Shown here: positions 10,056 through 19,668 of the stretch, in pieces | Layout: the number at the start of each line of letters is the position of its first letter | How positions within the stretch are numbered: the first letter of the stretch is position 1 | Assembly: GCA_016716705.1 (NCBI GenBank) | Contig: JADJVF010000017.1 | Span: forward strand, 53,808-117,807 | From: Holophagales bacterium | GTDB lineage: Bacteria; Acidobacteriota; Thermoanaerobaculia; UBA5066 | Length of the DNA stretch: 64,000 nucleotides | Direction of reading: 5' to 3' | Position numbers and translations under genes: made by a program | The notes under the pieces: model-generated | Seen by the model: the letters and a program-made list of their open reading frames with translations, nothing else | What the model was told of the DNA's origin: nothing | Database searches by the model: none

Positions 10056-12212
10056 CTACCGCCGGTCGAGGAGCTGGCAGGCCTCCTCGATTCCGTCCGA
10101 GCAGCCCTCCCGAAGGAGCGCCGTGGCCTTCCGGCCATCCCGAAGCTCGACCGCCCGGAGGGCCCGCGCGAAGAGGACCGCCTTGTTCCGCGGGGCCCTT
10201 TCGGCGGCGGCATCGAGCTCTTCGTCGAGATCGCCGCGCACGTCGCCGAAGGCCAGGCCCAGGATCCAGTTCGCGTCCGGCCCGGGGTTCCGTCCCTTCC
10301 CGTGCATCACCTTCCTCACGAAGCGGAGGACCCGGCCGCCGGCGGCACCCGCCGTGTCGACCCGGAAGGCCTCGGCGAGCTGCTGCCACGCCGTGGCGTT
10401 GTCGCCGTTGAGGAAGGCGCTCCCCGCTCGAGTGTAGAGGTCGATGAAGAACGCCTCCGGCTCGTCGCTGGTGGCGGAGACTTCCCGCGCGACGCCTCCG
10501 GCCTCGGCGAGGGCCTCCCGGGTCAGCGTCCCCTTCGTTCGGGTCGTGTCGAGAGCAACGTAGGCCCGCTCGACGCGTGAGTCGAGGGCCCAGCTCCCTC
10601 CATCGACGAGGGCCTCGCGGCGCGGAAGGGCCAGCTCGCCCCCTTCCGGTTGCGCAGGCTCGCGCTCCGCCACGCCCGGCCTCCGGGGCCGGTCCTCTCC
10701 GCGGGACATCGTCGAGCCTCCGGTGCCCGTGGACGGCCGCCCCTCCGAAGGGGACGTGGTGGTCGTCGAGCCCGCTTCCGCAACCTGTCCCATCGAGGAC
10801 CCGGCGCTCGCGGGGGTCCCGGTGGGGTCCGGCGGGGTCGCCGGACCGGACCCGCCGGAGGCGAGCGCCGCCGGGCCCGCTTCCGTTCCTGTCTCCGCTC
10901 CTGCTTGCAAGCTCGACCCGGCGCCCGTCGCGGGCGTTTCCGTCGGCGCCGCCGCCGGTTCGACGTTCGCGAGCGTTGCCGCCGTCGCCGGAGGGGCTTC
11001 GCCTTCCTTTCCGGGCGCGAATCGTGTCCAGGCAAACCAGCCCCCGCCGCCGAGCACCGCGAGGACGACGATCGCCGCCACGGCGAAGAGGGCGGGGTTC
11101 GTCCCGCTCTTCCGCCGGGCAGCCGGCGGAGGGGGCGGAAGCGAAGCCGCGGCGGCCATCTTCGCCTCAGGCGTGGAGATGCCCGCGCCCGAGACGACGC
11201 TGGCGTTCGCCGTGACCACCGTCGGGAGGTTCTCGGCGGGGCCGGCTCCCTGGGTCTGGAGGAACGTCGGCGCGCCGTGGATCGTGGGCGATCCCGGAGG
11301 CGGCGGCGGGACCGCGCGCACCGGAGCCGAGATCGCGGCGGTCGTTCCGAGGGAGAGCCCGAAAACGGCGGCGAGCGCCGTCACGAGCTCCATGCAGCTG
11401 CCGTAGCGCTGGGCCGCGTTCTTCGAGAGCCCGCGAGAGAGGACGTCGTCGACGCCCGGCGGGAAGCCTCCGATGAACGAGGTCACCGGCTCGGGCGGAA
11501 CGCTGACGTGCTGGTGGAGGACCGCGAGCGGCGTGTCCGCCTTGAAGGGAACGCGCCCCGTCAGCATCTCGAAGGCGATGCAGGCGAGAGCGTACTGGTC
11601 GGCCCTCGCGTCGAGCGCCTTCCCCATGGCCTGCTCCGGCGCCATGTACGACGGAGTCCCCATCACGGTGCCCGTGGCGGTGAGTCCCGACACCGAGTCG
11701 GCGCTGCGCGCGAGGCCGAAGTCGGCGAGGAGGGGCCGGCCGGACGCGTCGAGGAGGACGTTCCCCGGCTTGACGTCGCGGTGAAGGATTCCCTTCGAAT
11801 GCGCGTGGTCGAGGGCGGCGGCAATCGCGGCGAGCCACGGCACCGCGTCGGCGGGTGGCACCGGGCCCCTGATCCTCTCCTTGAGCGAGCCCCCGGAGAC
11901 GAGGGGCATCACGAGGTACGAGACGTCCTTCCCTCCGAGGGGAGCAGTCCCGAAGTCGTAGACGGAGAGGATGTTCGGGTGCTCGAGCCCCGCCACGAGG
12001 CGAGCTTCCCGGAGGAAGCGCTCCGCAAAGGTCGGGTCGGCGGCGATCGGGTCGTGGATGACCTTGACGGCGACGGTGCGGTGGAGGGTCTGGTCCTCGG
12101 CCCGCCAGACTTCCGACATTCCGCCGGCGCCGGCGCGCTCGAGGAGGCGATATCGACCCAGGAGGGTTCCGGGGGTTACGGCCATGGCGTCCTCGTTTCT
12201 CTGCCTTAGCAT
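10056..12212 (-). CDS. Serine/threonine protein kinase (Hanks-type) with a transmembrane segment and a long Pro/Ala/Thr-rich C-terminal region
   Basis: The kinase subdomains are present (GAGGMSEVWRA, VAVK, HRDVKPGNVLLD, DFGLARS, APE). A predicted TM helix (ALFAVAAIVVLAVLGGGGWFA) follows, and the C-terminal roughly 270 aa are low-complexity. Confidence 0.85.
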   Translation of the reverse strand: MLRQRNEDAMAVTPGTLLGRYRLLERAGAGGMSEVWRAEDQTLHRTVAVKVIHDPIAADPTFAERFLREARLVAGLEHPNILSVYDFGTAPLGGKDVSYLVMPLVSGGSLKERIRGPVPPADAVPWLAAIAAALDHAHSKGILHRDVKPGNVLLDASGRPLLADFGLARSADSVSGLTATGTVMGTPSYMAPEQAMGKALDARADQYALACIAFEMLTGRVPFKADTPLAVLHQHVSVPPEPVTSFIGGFPPGVDDVLSRGLSKNAAQRYGSCMELVTALAAVFGLSLGTTAAISAPVRAVPPPPPGSPTIHGAPTFLQTQGAGPAENLPTVVTANASVVSGAGISTPEAKMAAAASLPPPPPAARRKSGTNPALFAVAAIVVLAVLGGGGWFAWTRFAPGKEGEAPPATAATLANVEPAAAPTETPATGAGSSLQAGAETGTEAGPAALASGGSGPATPPDPTGTPASAGSSMGQVAEAGSTTTTSPSEGRPSTGTGGSTMSRGEDRPRRPGVAEREPAQPEGGELALPRREALVDGGSWALDSRVERAYVALDTTRTKGTLTREALAEAGGVAREVSATSDEPEAFFIDLYTRAGSAFLNGDNATAWQQLAEAFRVDTAGAAGGRVLRFVRKVMHGKGRNPGPDANWILGLAFGDVRGDLDEELDAAAERAPRNKAVLFARALRAVELRDGRKATALLREGCSDGIEEACQLLDRR

Positions 12213-12229
12213 ACGACCTCGGGGCCCCC

Positions 12230-13060
12230 GTGAGTGAGAAGCGCGTCACGCACCGTCACGATCGCGCCGCCATCGGGAGGCGCTTCGTCTACGTCGTCCG
12301 CTCACGAAGGTCGGGCGGCCTCTCCGTCGGGATCAACCTCGATCCGCAGCAGACCTGCAATTTCGACTGCGTCTACTGCGAGGTGATCGACCGGCGAGCG
12401 ATCGCCCGCCACGTGGGACGCCCGCCGATCCTCGCCACCGAGGTCGTGACCGAGCTCTCGACGGTCCTGGCCTCCCTTCGCGGCGGCACCGAGACGCCGC
12501 GGGACATCGCCTTCGCCGGCGACGGCGAGCCGAGCACCTTCGCCGGATTCCTCCTGCTCGCGCGGGACGTGTTCGACACCCGGGATACCGCCGGGCTCTC
12601 CGGCGTCCCGGTGATCCTGATCACGAACGGCTCCGGGCTCGGCCGGACCGAGATGCGGGAGGCGCACGACCTTTTCGCCGCGCGCGGCGGCTTCTTCTGG
12701 ATCAAGCTCGACGCGGGGACGGAGCCGTTCTACCGCGCCGTCTGCCGCACGTCGGTTCCGTTCGGGCGCGTCGTGGCGAACCTCACCGACGCCGCGCGCC
12801 GGCACCCCGTCGTCGTCCAGTCGATGTTCTTCCGCTCGGACGCGTTCGGAGCTCCCTCAGCCGCGGAGGTCGAGGCCTGGACCGACCGGCTCGCCGGCGT
12901 CGTGCGGGACGGCGGCTCGCTCGCGGCGGTGCATGTCTACACGGTTGCGCGGGAGACGATGGAAACGGGCGTCCACCCGCTTTCGGCGAACGCCCTCGAG
13001 GCGATCGCCCGGGCCGCGCGCCAGGTCCTTCACGACGTTCCCGTCGAGATCTACCCCTGA
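12230..13060 (+). CDS. Radical SAM domain protein (small, 276 aa)
   Basis: The CNFDCVYC (CX3CX2C) cluster is present about 45 aa from a GTG start. It sits divergent from the kinase with less than 50 nt between the two starts. Confidence 0.6.
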   Translation: MSEKRVTHRHDRAAIGRRFVYVVRSRRSGGLSVGINLDPQQTCNFDCVYCEVIDRRAIARHVGRPPILATEVVTELSTVLASLRGGTETPRDIAFAGDGEPSTFAGFLLLARDVFDTRDTAGLSGVPVILITNGSGLGRTEMREAHDLFAARGGFFWIKLDAGTEPFYRAVCRTSVPFGRVVANLTDAARRHPVVVQSMFFRSDAFGAPSAAEVEAWTDRLAGVVRDGGSLAAVHVYTVARETMETGVHPLSANALEAIARAARQVLHDVPVEIYP

Positions 13061-13075
13061 CCCTCGGACCGTGCG

Positions 13076-15583
13076 CTAGAAGCCGTCGCCGAGGTCCGCC
13101 TCGGCGAGCGCACCGTAGAGGGAGATGGTCCCGGGGCCATGGCGGGCGGCGTCGTCCAGGGCCTCCTCGGCGCGCGACAGGAGGCTCGCCGTGTCGAACG
13201 CGTCCTCGGGATACGCGGCAAGCCCGATCGTCAGGGAGAATTTCAGGCCCGTCGCCTCGAGCCGCGGATCGAAGGCCGACATGAAGTTCTTCTGGATCGC
13301 CTCTGCGGCCCGATGCCCGGTCACCTTGTTCGCCTCGAAAATGAGGATCCAGAAGCGGTCGCCCTTGCCGCGCCCGACGATGTTCACGGATCGCGTCGCC
13401 CGGACGAGCTGCGCGGCGACCTTCGGCAGGAGCGAGTCGCCGTAGGGAATGCCGAAACGCTGGCCCGCTTCCGCGAGCCCGTCCACGCAGACGTGAGCCA
13501 CGGAAAGGGGCTGGCCGCTCCGCTCGGCGCGGCGGAGCTCCGACTCGAGACGCCTGAGGATCGCCCCCTGGTTGTGGAGGCCCGTCACGCCGTCGCGCTC
13601 GGTCTGCTGCTCGATGATCTTCATGAGCCGCGAGTTGTGGAGCGCGACCGCGGCCGCGTCCGCGAGGAGGGAGAGCCGCCCGCCGAGCTCCGAAGGCCAC
13701 GTGCTGCCCTGCGAGCGGAACGCGAAAGTCAGGACGCCGATCTGCTCGTCCTGGTAGAGGAGGGGCACCGCCGCGGCGCGCAGGTTGCCCGGACCGGCGC
13801 CGGCCGCCGCGGCCGGGTAGAGAGTGGCGATCTCCTTCTCGTCCACGAGGACGAGGGTCTTCTCGAGCCAGGCGCGGACGACGGGGTGGTCGACGCTCTC
13901 GGTCGGGATGGCGCGGAGCCCGTCGCTGCTCCCGTCGCCCCCCCAGTGCGCGAGGACCCGGAGCGATTTCGTCTGGGCGTCGGCGTCCCAGAACTGCGCG
14001 CCCGTTCCGGAAAGGAGCGCCACTGCCTGCTCGCAGAGGGTGTGCTTGATGCGCGGGCCGTCGAAGGTCGTGGTGAAGGAGCGCCCGACCTCCCGCAGCC
14101 GGTCGAGGAAGCGGTAGGAGTCGCGTTCGCGCTGCAGGAGCCGGGCCGACGTCACCGCGAGGGAGACCTCGACCGCGAGCGCCTGGAACGAGCGGAGCAG
14201 CGGCGGGCCGAAGGCCCACGGACGGCCGGCGCCGAGTCCGACGAGGGCGCCGACGATCTCCCCGCGGGACGCGAGCGGAACGGCGACGAGGCTGAGCGGC
14301 CGCGGAAGATCCTTCGCCGCCTCGGGCGCCGGTACGAGGTCGAGACTGCTTTCACCAGCGGCGACGTCGGGCAGGAGGGCGTACGACCCCTCCGCGGAGA
14401 GGCGCTCGAAGAGGGCGCGGGGGACTTCGTCCCGACTCCGGCCGTGCAGGGCACCCGCCTTCCAGAAGAACGCCGCTGGGCCCGGGAGCTGGTCGAGCGG
14501 GAGGAGCTGCGCGGCGCAGAGGTCGAGGTCGAAGTGGGAGCCGATCTCCTGGACGGTCCGCTCCAGAATCGCCTCGAGCTCCGTCAGGCCACCCAGGGCG
14601 GCGTGGACGCGGTTCACGAACGCGACCCGCTCGGCGCTGCGCCGCTCGGCCTCGACGAGGCGCGCCTTTTCGAGCGCCCCGGCGGCGAGGCGCGCGAGCT
14701 CCTGGACGAGCCGCATCTCCTGCGGCGTCAGGACGAAGGCACCCCGGCGCGACATCGTCAGGAAACCGAAGACCGTCTGTCCGTGCTCGAGGGGGATGGC
14801 GAGGCGACGACGGCGGCGGGGGCCCTTGCTGTCGTCGACGTCGGCGTCGTCGTCGTCGAAGGCGGGGCCGTGAGCCGCGAGCGACCGGACGAGAATGCCG
14901 TCGTCGTCGATCGACCGGCGCTGCCCGGGCACGAACCCGCCACCCGAACCCGGAGACGTCCCCTGCCCGAGGATGTGTTCGATCTCCTTCTGTTCCGGGT
15001 GGTACCGGTAGGCCTGCACCTGGTCGAACTCGAGCTGACGCTGGAGCGATGCCGCCGTCAGGCGGACGACCTCGTCCGCGTTCAGCGTGTGCAGGGCGCC
15101 GGAGGCGAGCTCGAAGAGGGCGACGGCTTCCTCCCGTCGCTTCACGAGTGTGGCGACGCTCCGCTCGCGTTCCAGGATCCTTCCGAAGATCTGGGCGAAG
15201 GAGCGGATTCCCTCGTCGACGTCGACCCCTTTCCCCGACGACAGGGGAAGCGAGACGCCGAAGGAGCCGCTGACGTGCTCGCCCACCCTGACCGGAGCGC
15301 AGACGAAGATGAGCCCCGACTCGACGACACGCTTCTCGCGCCCGTCCTCGAGGAGGGTCTCGAGGACGCGCGCGAGCTTCTGCTCGGCGGCCGTCGCGAC
15401 GATGGAGGCCCCTGCCCGGCTGATCGACGGAGCGCCGCCGGCAGGCTGGAGCGCGACGGCGACGGCGTCGAAGAACCGAAGGGCCGTGTCGAGAACGGTC
15501 CCGATCGACTCGTCGAGAAACCGCCCCTCGGAGAGGACGGACTCGAACGCCTTCAAGAGGGCGAGATCGCGATTGGTCGGCAC
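13076..15583 (-). CDS. Multi-GAF-domain signalling protein with a C-terminal GGDEF-like (probably degenerate) domain
   Basis: The 835-aa protein contains several GAF-like segments. The C-terminal domain follows the GGDEF layout, but the signature reads RGKGDRF instead of GG(D/E)EF. Confidence 0.65.
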   Translation of the reverse strand: MPTNRDLALLKAFESVLSEGRFLDESIGTVLDTALRFFDAVAVALQPAGGAPSISRAGASIVATAAEQKLARVLETLLEDGREKRVVESGLIFVCAPVRVGEHVSGSFGVSLPLSSGKGVDVDEGIRSFAQIFGRILERERSVATLVKRREEAVALFELASGALHTLNADEVVRLTAASLQRQLEFDQVQAYRYHPEQKEIEHILGQGTSPGSGGGFVPGQRRSIDDDGILVRSLAAHGPAFDDDDADVDDSKGPRRRRRLAIPLEHGQTVFGFLTMSRRGAFVLTPQEMRLVQELARLAAGALEKARLVEAERRSAERVAFVNRVHAALGGLTELEAILERTVQEIGSHFDLDLCAAQLLPLDQLPGPAAFFWKAGALHGRSRDEVPRALFERLSAEGSYALLPDVAAGESSLDLVPAPEAAKDLPRPLSLVAVPLASRGEIVGALVGLGAGRPWAFGPPLLRSFQALAVEVSLAVTSARLLQRERDSYRFLDRLREVGRSFTTTFDGPRIKHTLCEQAVALLSGTGAQFWDADAQTKSLRVLAHWGGDGSSDGLRAIPTESVDHPVVRAWLEKTLVLVDEKEIATLYPAAAAGAGPGNLRAAAVPLLYQDEQIGVLTFAFRSQGSTWPSELGGRLSLLADAAAVALHNSRLMKIIEQQTERDGVTGLHNQGAILRRLESELRRAERSGQPLSVAHVCVDGLAEAGQRFGIPYGDSLLPKVAAQLVRATRSVNIVGRGKGDRFWILIFEANKVTGHRAAEAIQKNFMSAFDPRLEATGLKFSLTIGLAAYPEDAFDTASLLSRAEEALDDAARHGPGTISLYGALAEADLGDGF

Positions 15584-15655
15584 GGCTGCGACGTTCTCCC
15601 GAGGTTGCTCGGGCTGGAATCATAGCCGGGATCTCCGCCCGGCGGCAGGTGGGCG

Positions 15656-16126
15656 CTAGGTCGTCCGTTCTTCCTCTGCGCGGTCCGCTCCGAGCAGGCC
15701 CTGGGCGACGAGGAGGAGCATTCCTGCGTCGCGGAGGATCACCATCCACATGTCGTGGAACCGCTCTTCCACGCTCTTGCCGGCATCGGCGACGTCGAAG
15801 CAGCCGCAGTCGATGGCGTTCCCCCGAAAGAGGTTGAAGGCGATGGCGACGATGAAGACGACGAGGAGTGCGCCGACGAGGGACGCCGCGGTCCTCCGCC
15901 AGATTCCGCAGATGAGCGCGACCCCCAGGAGCATCTCGGCCCACGGCATCGTCAGGGAGGCCGGGTTCACGAGCGGGCCCGGAAGGAGCCGGTAGTTGTA
16001 GACCATGTGGGCGAAGGAGGGCGGGTCGGCGATCTTCGGCAGGGCCGCCACGACGAAGAAGATGCCCAGCGCGATCTGGGTCCGCACCGTGAGCCAGGGA
16101 TGGGTCAGGGCCTCCCGGATCGTCAC
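15656..16126 (-). CDS. DoxX/MauE-family membrane protein
   Basis: The 156-aa protein has about four TM helices and the CGCF motif typical of DoxX/MauE-like proteins. It overlaps the upstream rhodanese gene by 4 nt. Confidence 0.5.
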   Translation of the reverse strand: MTIREALTHPWLTVRTQIALGIFFVVAALPKIADPPSFAHMVYNYRLLPGPLVNPASLTMPWAEMLLGVALICGIWRRTAASLVGALLVVFIVAIAFNLFRGNAIDCGCFDVADAGKSVEERFHDMWMVILRDAGMLLLVAQGLLGADRAEEERTT

Positions 16127-16878
16127 GCCGGGCCTCCGGTACGAACGGCGCCGCCACGCTTGACCCAGTCGGGAAAGCCGTCCCGGTAGACGAGGAGGTT
16201 CTCGAAGCCGGCCCCGAAGAGGGTCTGGGCGAGCATGTGCGAGTCCTCGCAGTCGCCGCCCGAGCAGTAGAGGACGACCGGAAGGGAGAGGTCACGCCCT
16301 TCGGCGACGAGGCCCTCGACCCGCTCCTTCACCACTTCCGCCTCCCAGACCGGAAACGAGCGGGCTTCGCTGACGTGCCCCTGAACGAAATCCCTCGAAC
16401 GACGGGCGTCGAGGAAGAGGACGCCGCGAGCGTGCAGCCACGCAGCCGCTTCGCCCGTGATCTCGACGAACGGCTGGCCGTGAGCCGGGAATCGGCCGAG
16501 CAGCTCGGCCGGGGGAACCGTCTGGCCCCGGGCCAGCGCCGCGCTCGAAGAACCGGCGGGCGCTCCCTCCCCCGGAACGGTCCGCCCGCTGGTCGAAGGT
16601 GTCGCCGGGGAAGCGGCCGGGGTCTCCGGCGAAGGGCTGACCCGTGAGGTCGCGGGTGAGGACGATTCGGTGACACCCGGCGCGACTGCGGGCGGCTCCG
16701 CCTCGAACGATGCGAGGGGACGCGCCTCCCGCCCGGCCGTGACCTTCGTCGCGTTCGGGTAGTCGCCGGGGAGAGGCAGCCGGCGCTCCTTGCCAGCGAG
16801 GGCGTTGGACACGAGCGCACACGCGACCGATAGCCCGACGAGGGTTCCGGCCTCGGCGAGGAAACGTCGGAGGTTCAT
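16123..16878 (-). CDS. Rhodanese-domain sulfurtransferase-like protein with N-terminal signal/TM region and a Ser/Pro-rich linker
   Basis: The C-terminal rhodanese domain contains the active-site loop LYCSGGDCEDSH. Confidence 0.65.
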   Translation of the reverse strand: MNLRRFLAEAGTLVGLSVACALVSNALAGKERRLPLPGDYPNATKVTAGREARPLASFEAEPPAVAPGVTESSSPATSRVSPSPETPAASPATPSTSGRTVPGEGAPAGSSSAALARGQTVPPAELLGRFPAHGQPFVEITGEAAAWLHARGVLFLDARRSRDFVQGHVSEARSFPVWEAEVVKERVEGLVAEGRDLSLPVVLYCSGGDCEDSHMLAQTLFGAGFENLLVYRDGFPDWVKRGGAVRTGGPA

Positions 16879-17043
16879 TCGGCTTCTCCGTTGGGGGCAG
16901 AGGGCCCGCGCCCGATTCTATGCAAGCCTCCCGCCCCGGCCGATCGCGCCGAAACGACGTGCCGCCCGCGCACGAGCCCCCCGATACCGTACCTCGTAGG
17001 GCTAGAATTCGCAGTCCAGTTCAGCGCGCGCCGAAGAAGGGGA

Positions 17044-18342
17044 ATGAGGATGAGCGAGAACACCCTGACGATCCGGGACAACCGCACCGGCAAGGAGTAC
17101 GTCGTTCCGATCGAGAACGACACGATCAAGGCGATGGACCTCCGGAAGATCAAGGTCAACCCGGAGGACTTCGGCATGATGACGTACGACCCCGCGTTCC
17201 TGAACACGGCGTCGTGCAAGTCGAAGATCACGTACATCGACGGCGACAAGGGGATCCTCGAGTACCGCGGCTACCCGATCGAGCAGCTTGCCGAGAAGTC
17301 GACCTTCCTCGAGGTGGCCTGGCTCCTCTGGAACGGCGAGCTTCCGACGGCGAAGGAGCTCTCCGAGTTCACGAACCACGTGACGATGCACACGTACCTC
17401 CACGAGAACATCAAGAAGTTCATGGAGGGCTTCCGGCACGACGCGCACCCGATGGGAATGCTCCAGTCGACGGTCGGCGCGCTCTCGACCTTCTACCCGT
17501 CCGCCAAGCTCGTGAACGACGAGCGCCAGCGCGCGCACCACACGATCCGCCTCATCGCGAAGATGCCGACGATGGCCGCGTTCGCCTACCGGCACACGAT
17601 CGGCTTCCCGTACGTCTATCCCGACAACGAGCTGTCGTACGTCGGAAACTTCCTCTCGATGCTCCGGAAGATGTCCGAGCCGAAGTACAAGGTGAACCCG
17701 ATCCTCGAGCGGGCGCTCGACGTCCTCTTCATCCTCCACGCGGACCACGAGCAGAACTGCTCGACGAACGCGATGCGGGCGATCAGCTCCGCGCAGACCG
17801 ACCCCTACTCGAGCCTCTCCGGAGCGATCTCGGCTCTCTACGGCCCGCTCCACGGGGGCGCGAACGAGGCGGTCCTCTCGATGCTCCGCGAGATCGGAGA
17901 CATCAAGAACGTTCCCGCGTTCGTCAAGGACGTCAAGGACGGGCACGGCGAGAAGAAGCTGATGGGCTTCGGCCACCGGGTCTACAAGAACTACGACCCG
18001 CGCGCCAAGGTCATCAAGGGGCTCGCGGACCAGGTCTTCGAGGTGACGGGCCGAAACGCCCTCCTCGACATCGCCGTCGAGCTCGAGCGGATCGCCCTGC
18101 AGGACGACTACTTCGTCAAGAGGAAGCTCTACCCGAACGTCGACTTCTACTCGGGCCTCATCTACGAGGCGATGGGCTTCCCGCCCGACTTCTTCACCGT
18201 CCTCTTCGCGATCGGACGGACCGCCGGCTGGCTCGCGCAGTGGCACGAGATGGTCAACGACACCGACCAGAAGATTGCCCGGCCGCGGCAGGTCTTCCTC
18301 GGACCGGCTCGGCGCGACTACGTTCCGGTCGGGAACCGCTGA
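17044..18342 (+). CDS. gltA: Citrate synthase
   Basis: The match to type II citrate synthases is clear (GILEYRGYPIEQL, GPLHGGANE, GFGHRVYK). The ATG at 17044 is preferred over the ORF-track start at 16891. Confidence 0.9.
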   Translation: MRMSENTLTIRDNRTGKEYVVPIENDTIKAMDLRKIKVNPEDFGMMTYDPAFLNTASCKSKITYIDGDKGILEYRGYPIEQLAEKSTFLEVAWLLWNGELPTAKELSEFTNHVTMHTYLHENIKKFMEGFRHDAHPMGMLQSTVGALSTFYPSAKLVNDERQRAHHTIRLIAKMPTMAAFAYRHTIGFPYVYPDNELSYVGNFLSMLRKMSEPKYKVNPILERALDVLFILHADHEQNCSTNAMRAISSAQTDPYSSLSGAISALYGPLHGGANEAVLSMLREIGDIKNVPAFVKDVKDGHGEKKLMGFGHRVYKNYDPRAKVIKGLADQVFEVTGRNALLDIAVELERIALQDDYFVKRKLYPNVDFYSGLIYEAMGFPPDFFTVLFAIGRTAGWLAQWHEMVNDTDQKIARPRQVFLGPARRDYVPVGNR

Positions 18343-18363
18343 CGGCGCACACGATCCGGGAAT

Positions 18364-18393
18364 GGGGGGAGGCGGAAACGCCTCCCCTTTTTC
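18364..18393 (+). terminator. Rho-independent terminator (GC hairpin GGGGGGAGGCG-GAAA-CGCCTCCCC followed by TTTTTC)
   Basis: This is a perfect 9-11 bp stem with a T-tract, 20 nt after the gltA stop. It is one of the few T-tracts in the window. Confidence 0.5.
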
Positions 18394-18424
18394 ATCCCGG
18401 GGGCTTCATCTGTTCCGGGCCGGA

Positions 18425-18877
18425 TCAGCCGCAGTCGTTGCAGACGCCGTCGAGCGTGAGCGCGAGGGTCCGGACGGTCCGGCCGTCGGGAAGGACGCCC
18501 CGCTCCGCGACACCGAAATCCTGCCACGCCACGTCCTCCACCCGCCCGCAGGCCCGGCAGACGAGGTGGTGGTGGGGGGCGACGTGGGCGTCGTAGCGGG
18601 TTGCGCCGTCCTTCACGCTCATCCCGACCACGAGCCCCGCGCGCGCCAGGGAATGGAGGACGTTGTAGACCGAGGCGCGGGAGAGAACCGGCCCGCCGGC
18701 GTTGACGGCCGTCTCGACGTCTTCGGCCGTCGGGTGCCGGCTCGTCGAGGCGAGATAGGAGAGCACCGCGACCCGCGGCTCCGTCACCCGGAGCCCGCGC
18801 GCGCGCAACAACCCTCTAAGAGTCTCGGAATCTGCCCTCACGAGATTTAGAATAGGTCCAGACGAGCGTAATCGCAA
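18425..18877 (-). CDS. fur: Fur-family transcriptional regulator (Fur/Zur/PerR)
   Basis: It has the DNA-binding helix region (GLRVTEPRVAVLSYLAS...HPTAEDV) and the metal-site residues (HHHLVCRACG...CNDCG). Confidence 0.75.
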   Translation of the reverse strand: MRLRSSGPILNLVRADSETLRGLLRARGLRVTEPRVAVLSYLASTSRHPTAEDVETAVNAGGPVLSRASVYNVLHSLARAGLVVGMSVKDGATRYDAHVAPHHHLVCRACGRVEDVAWQDFGVAERGVLPDGRTVRTLALTLDGVCNDCG

Positions 18878-18907
18878 CTGCCCGAGGGCCTCGAGGGAGA
18901 AGCTGAA

Positions 18908-19633
18908 TCAGGGCTTTGCTTTGTCGGCCGACGTGATGAAGGCCCGGCCGAACCTCGAGAGCCTCGGCCCCTGGGTGAACGCGGGATTCCAGCTCCACAT
19001 CACACCGACGGCCCGGCCCAGGAGGTCGATGACGGGGCGGGTGCCGAAGAAGCGCGCGTCGCGGCTCTCGTCCCGGTTGTCCCCCATCAGGAAGACCTCT
19101 CCCTCGGGGACCGTGATCGGACCGAAGTTCCGGAGCGCTGGCTTCTCGGGGAGGATCCGGATCGGGTGCGTCCGTCCGTCGAGCCCTTCCGTCCCGAGGA
19201 TCTCGATCTCACCGTCCTCGAGGGTCCGGGGGGGAAGGAACTCCACCTTCTGCGGCTTGCCGTTCACGAGGAGCGCCTCGTTCCGGAGCTCCACGACGTC
19301 GCCCGGCAGGCCGATGAGCCGCTTGACGAACGGAACGCTTCCGCCGTCGGGGTTCCTCACCACGACGACGTCGCCGCGCCGGGGCACACCGGTCTTCATG
19401 AGCCGGACCTTCGAGAATGGCAGGCGGATCTGGTAGGCCGACTTCCAGACGAAGACGCGGTCACCCTCGAGGATCGTCGGCTTCATGGAGCCGGTCGGGA
19501 CGACGTACCAGTCGGCGAGAACCGACCGGCCCGTCAGAATGACGGCAGCCATCAGGACGAGCTGTCGGATGTCCTTCAGGATCTGCTTGCGTTTCTCGGG
19601 CGAAATGGCCATCGGGCGCGAAGTGTCGCACAT
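18908..19633 (-). CDS. lepB: Signal peptidase I
   Basis: The catalytic Ser box (VPTGSMKPTI) and Lys box (KRLIGLPGD) are both present. It is probably co-transcribed with fur, which lies 30 nt downstream. Confidence 0.8.
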   Translation of the reverse strand: MCDTSRPMAISPEKRKQILKDIRQLVLMAAVILTGRSVLADWYVVPTGSMKPTILEGDRVFVWKSAYQIRLPFSKVRLMKTGVPRRGDVVVVRNPDGGSVPFVKRLIGLPGDVVELRNEALLVNGKPQKVEFLPPRTLEDGEIEILGTEGLDGRTHPIRILPEKPALRNFGPITVPEGEVFLMGDNRDESRDARFFGTRPVIDLLGRAVGVMWSWNPAFTQGPRLSRFGRAFITSADKAKP

Positions 19634-19668
19634 TCCGGGCCAGGCTCCTGCCGGGCTATCCTCCGGAC

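Noticed and set aside
10523-12249. Plus-strand ORFs 10650..12209, 10723..11406, 10577..11215 and minus-strand ORFs 11167..12249, 10523..11035
   Set aside because: All are off-frame or antisense to the Ser/Thr kinase gene and are Arg-rich nonsense.
13139-15625. Plus-strand 828-aa ORF antisense to the GAF/GGDEF gene; minus-strand ORF 14352..16295
   Set aside because: They are antisense or alternate-frame readings of a gene with clear domain content.
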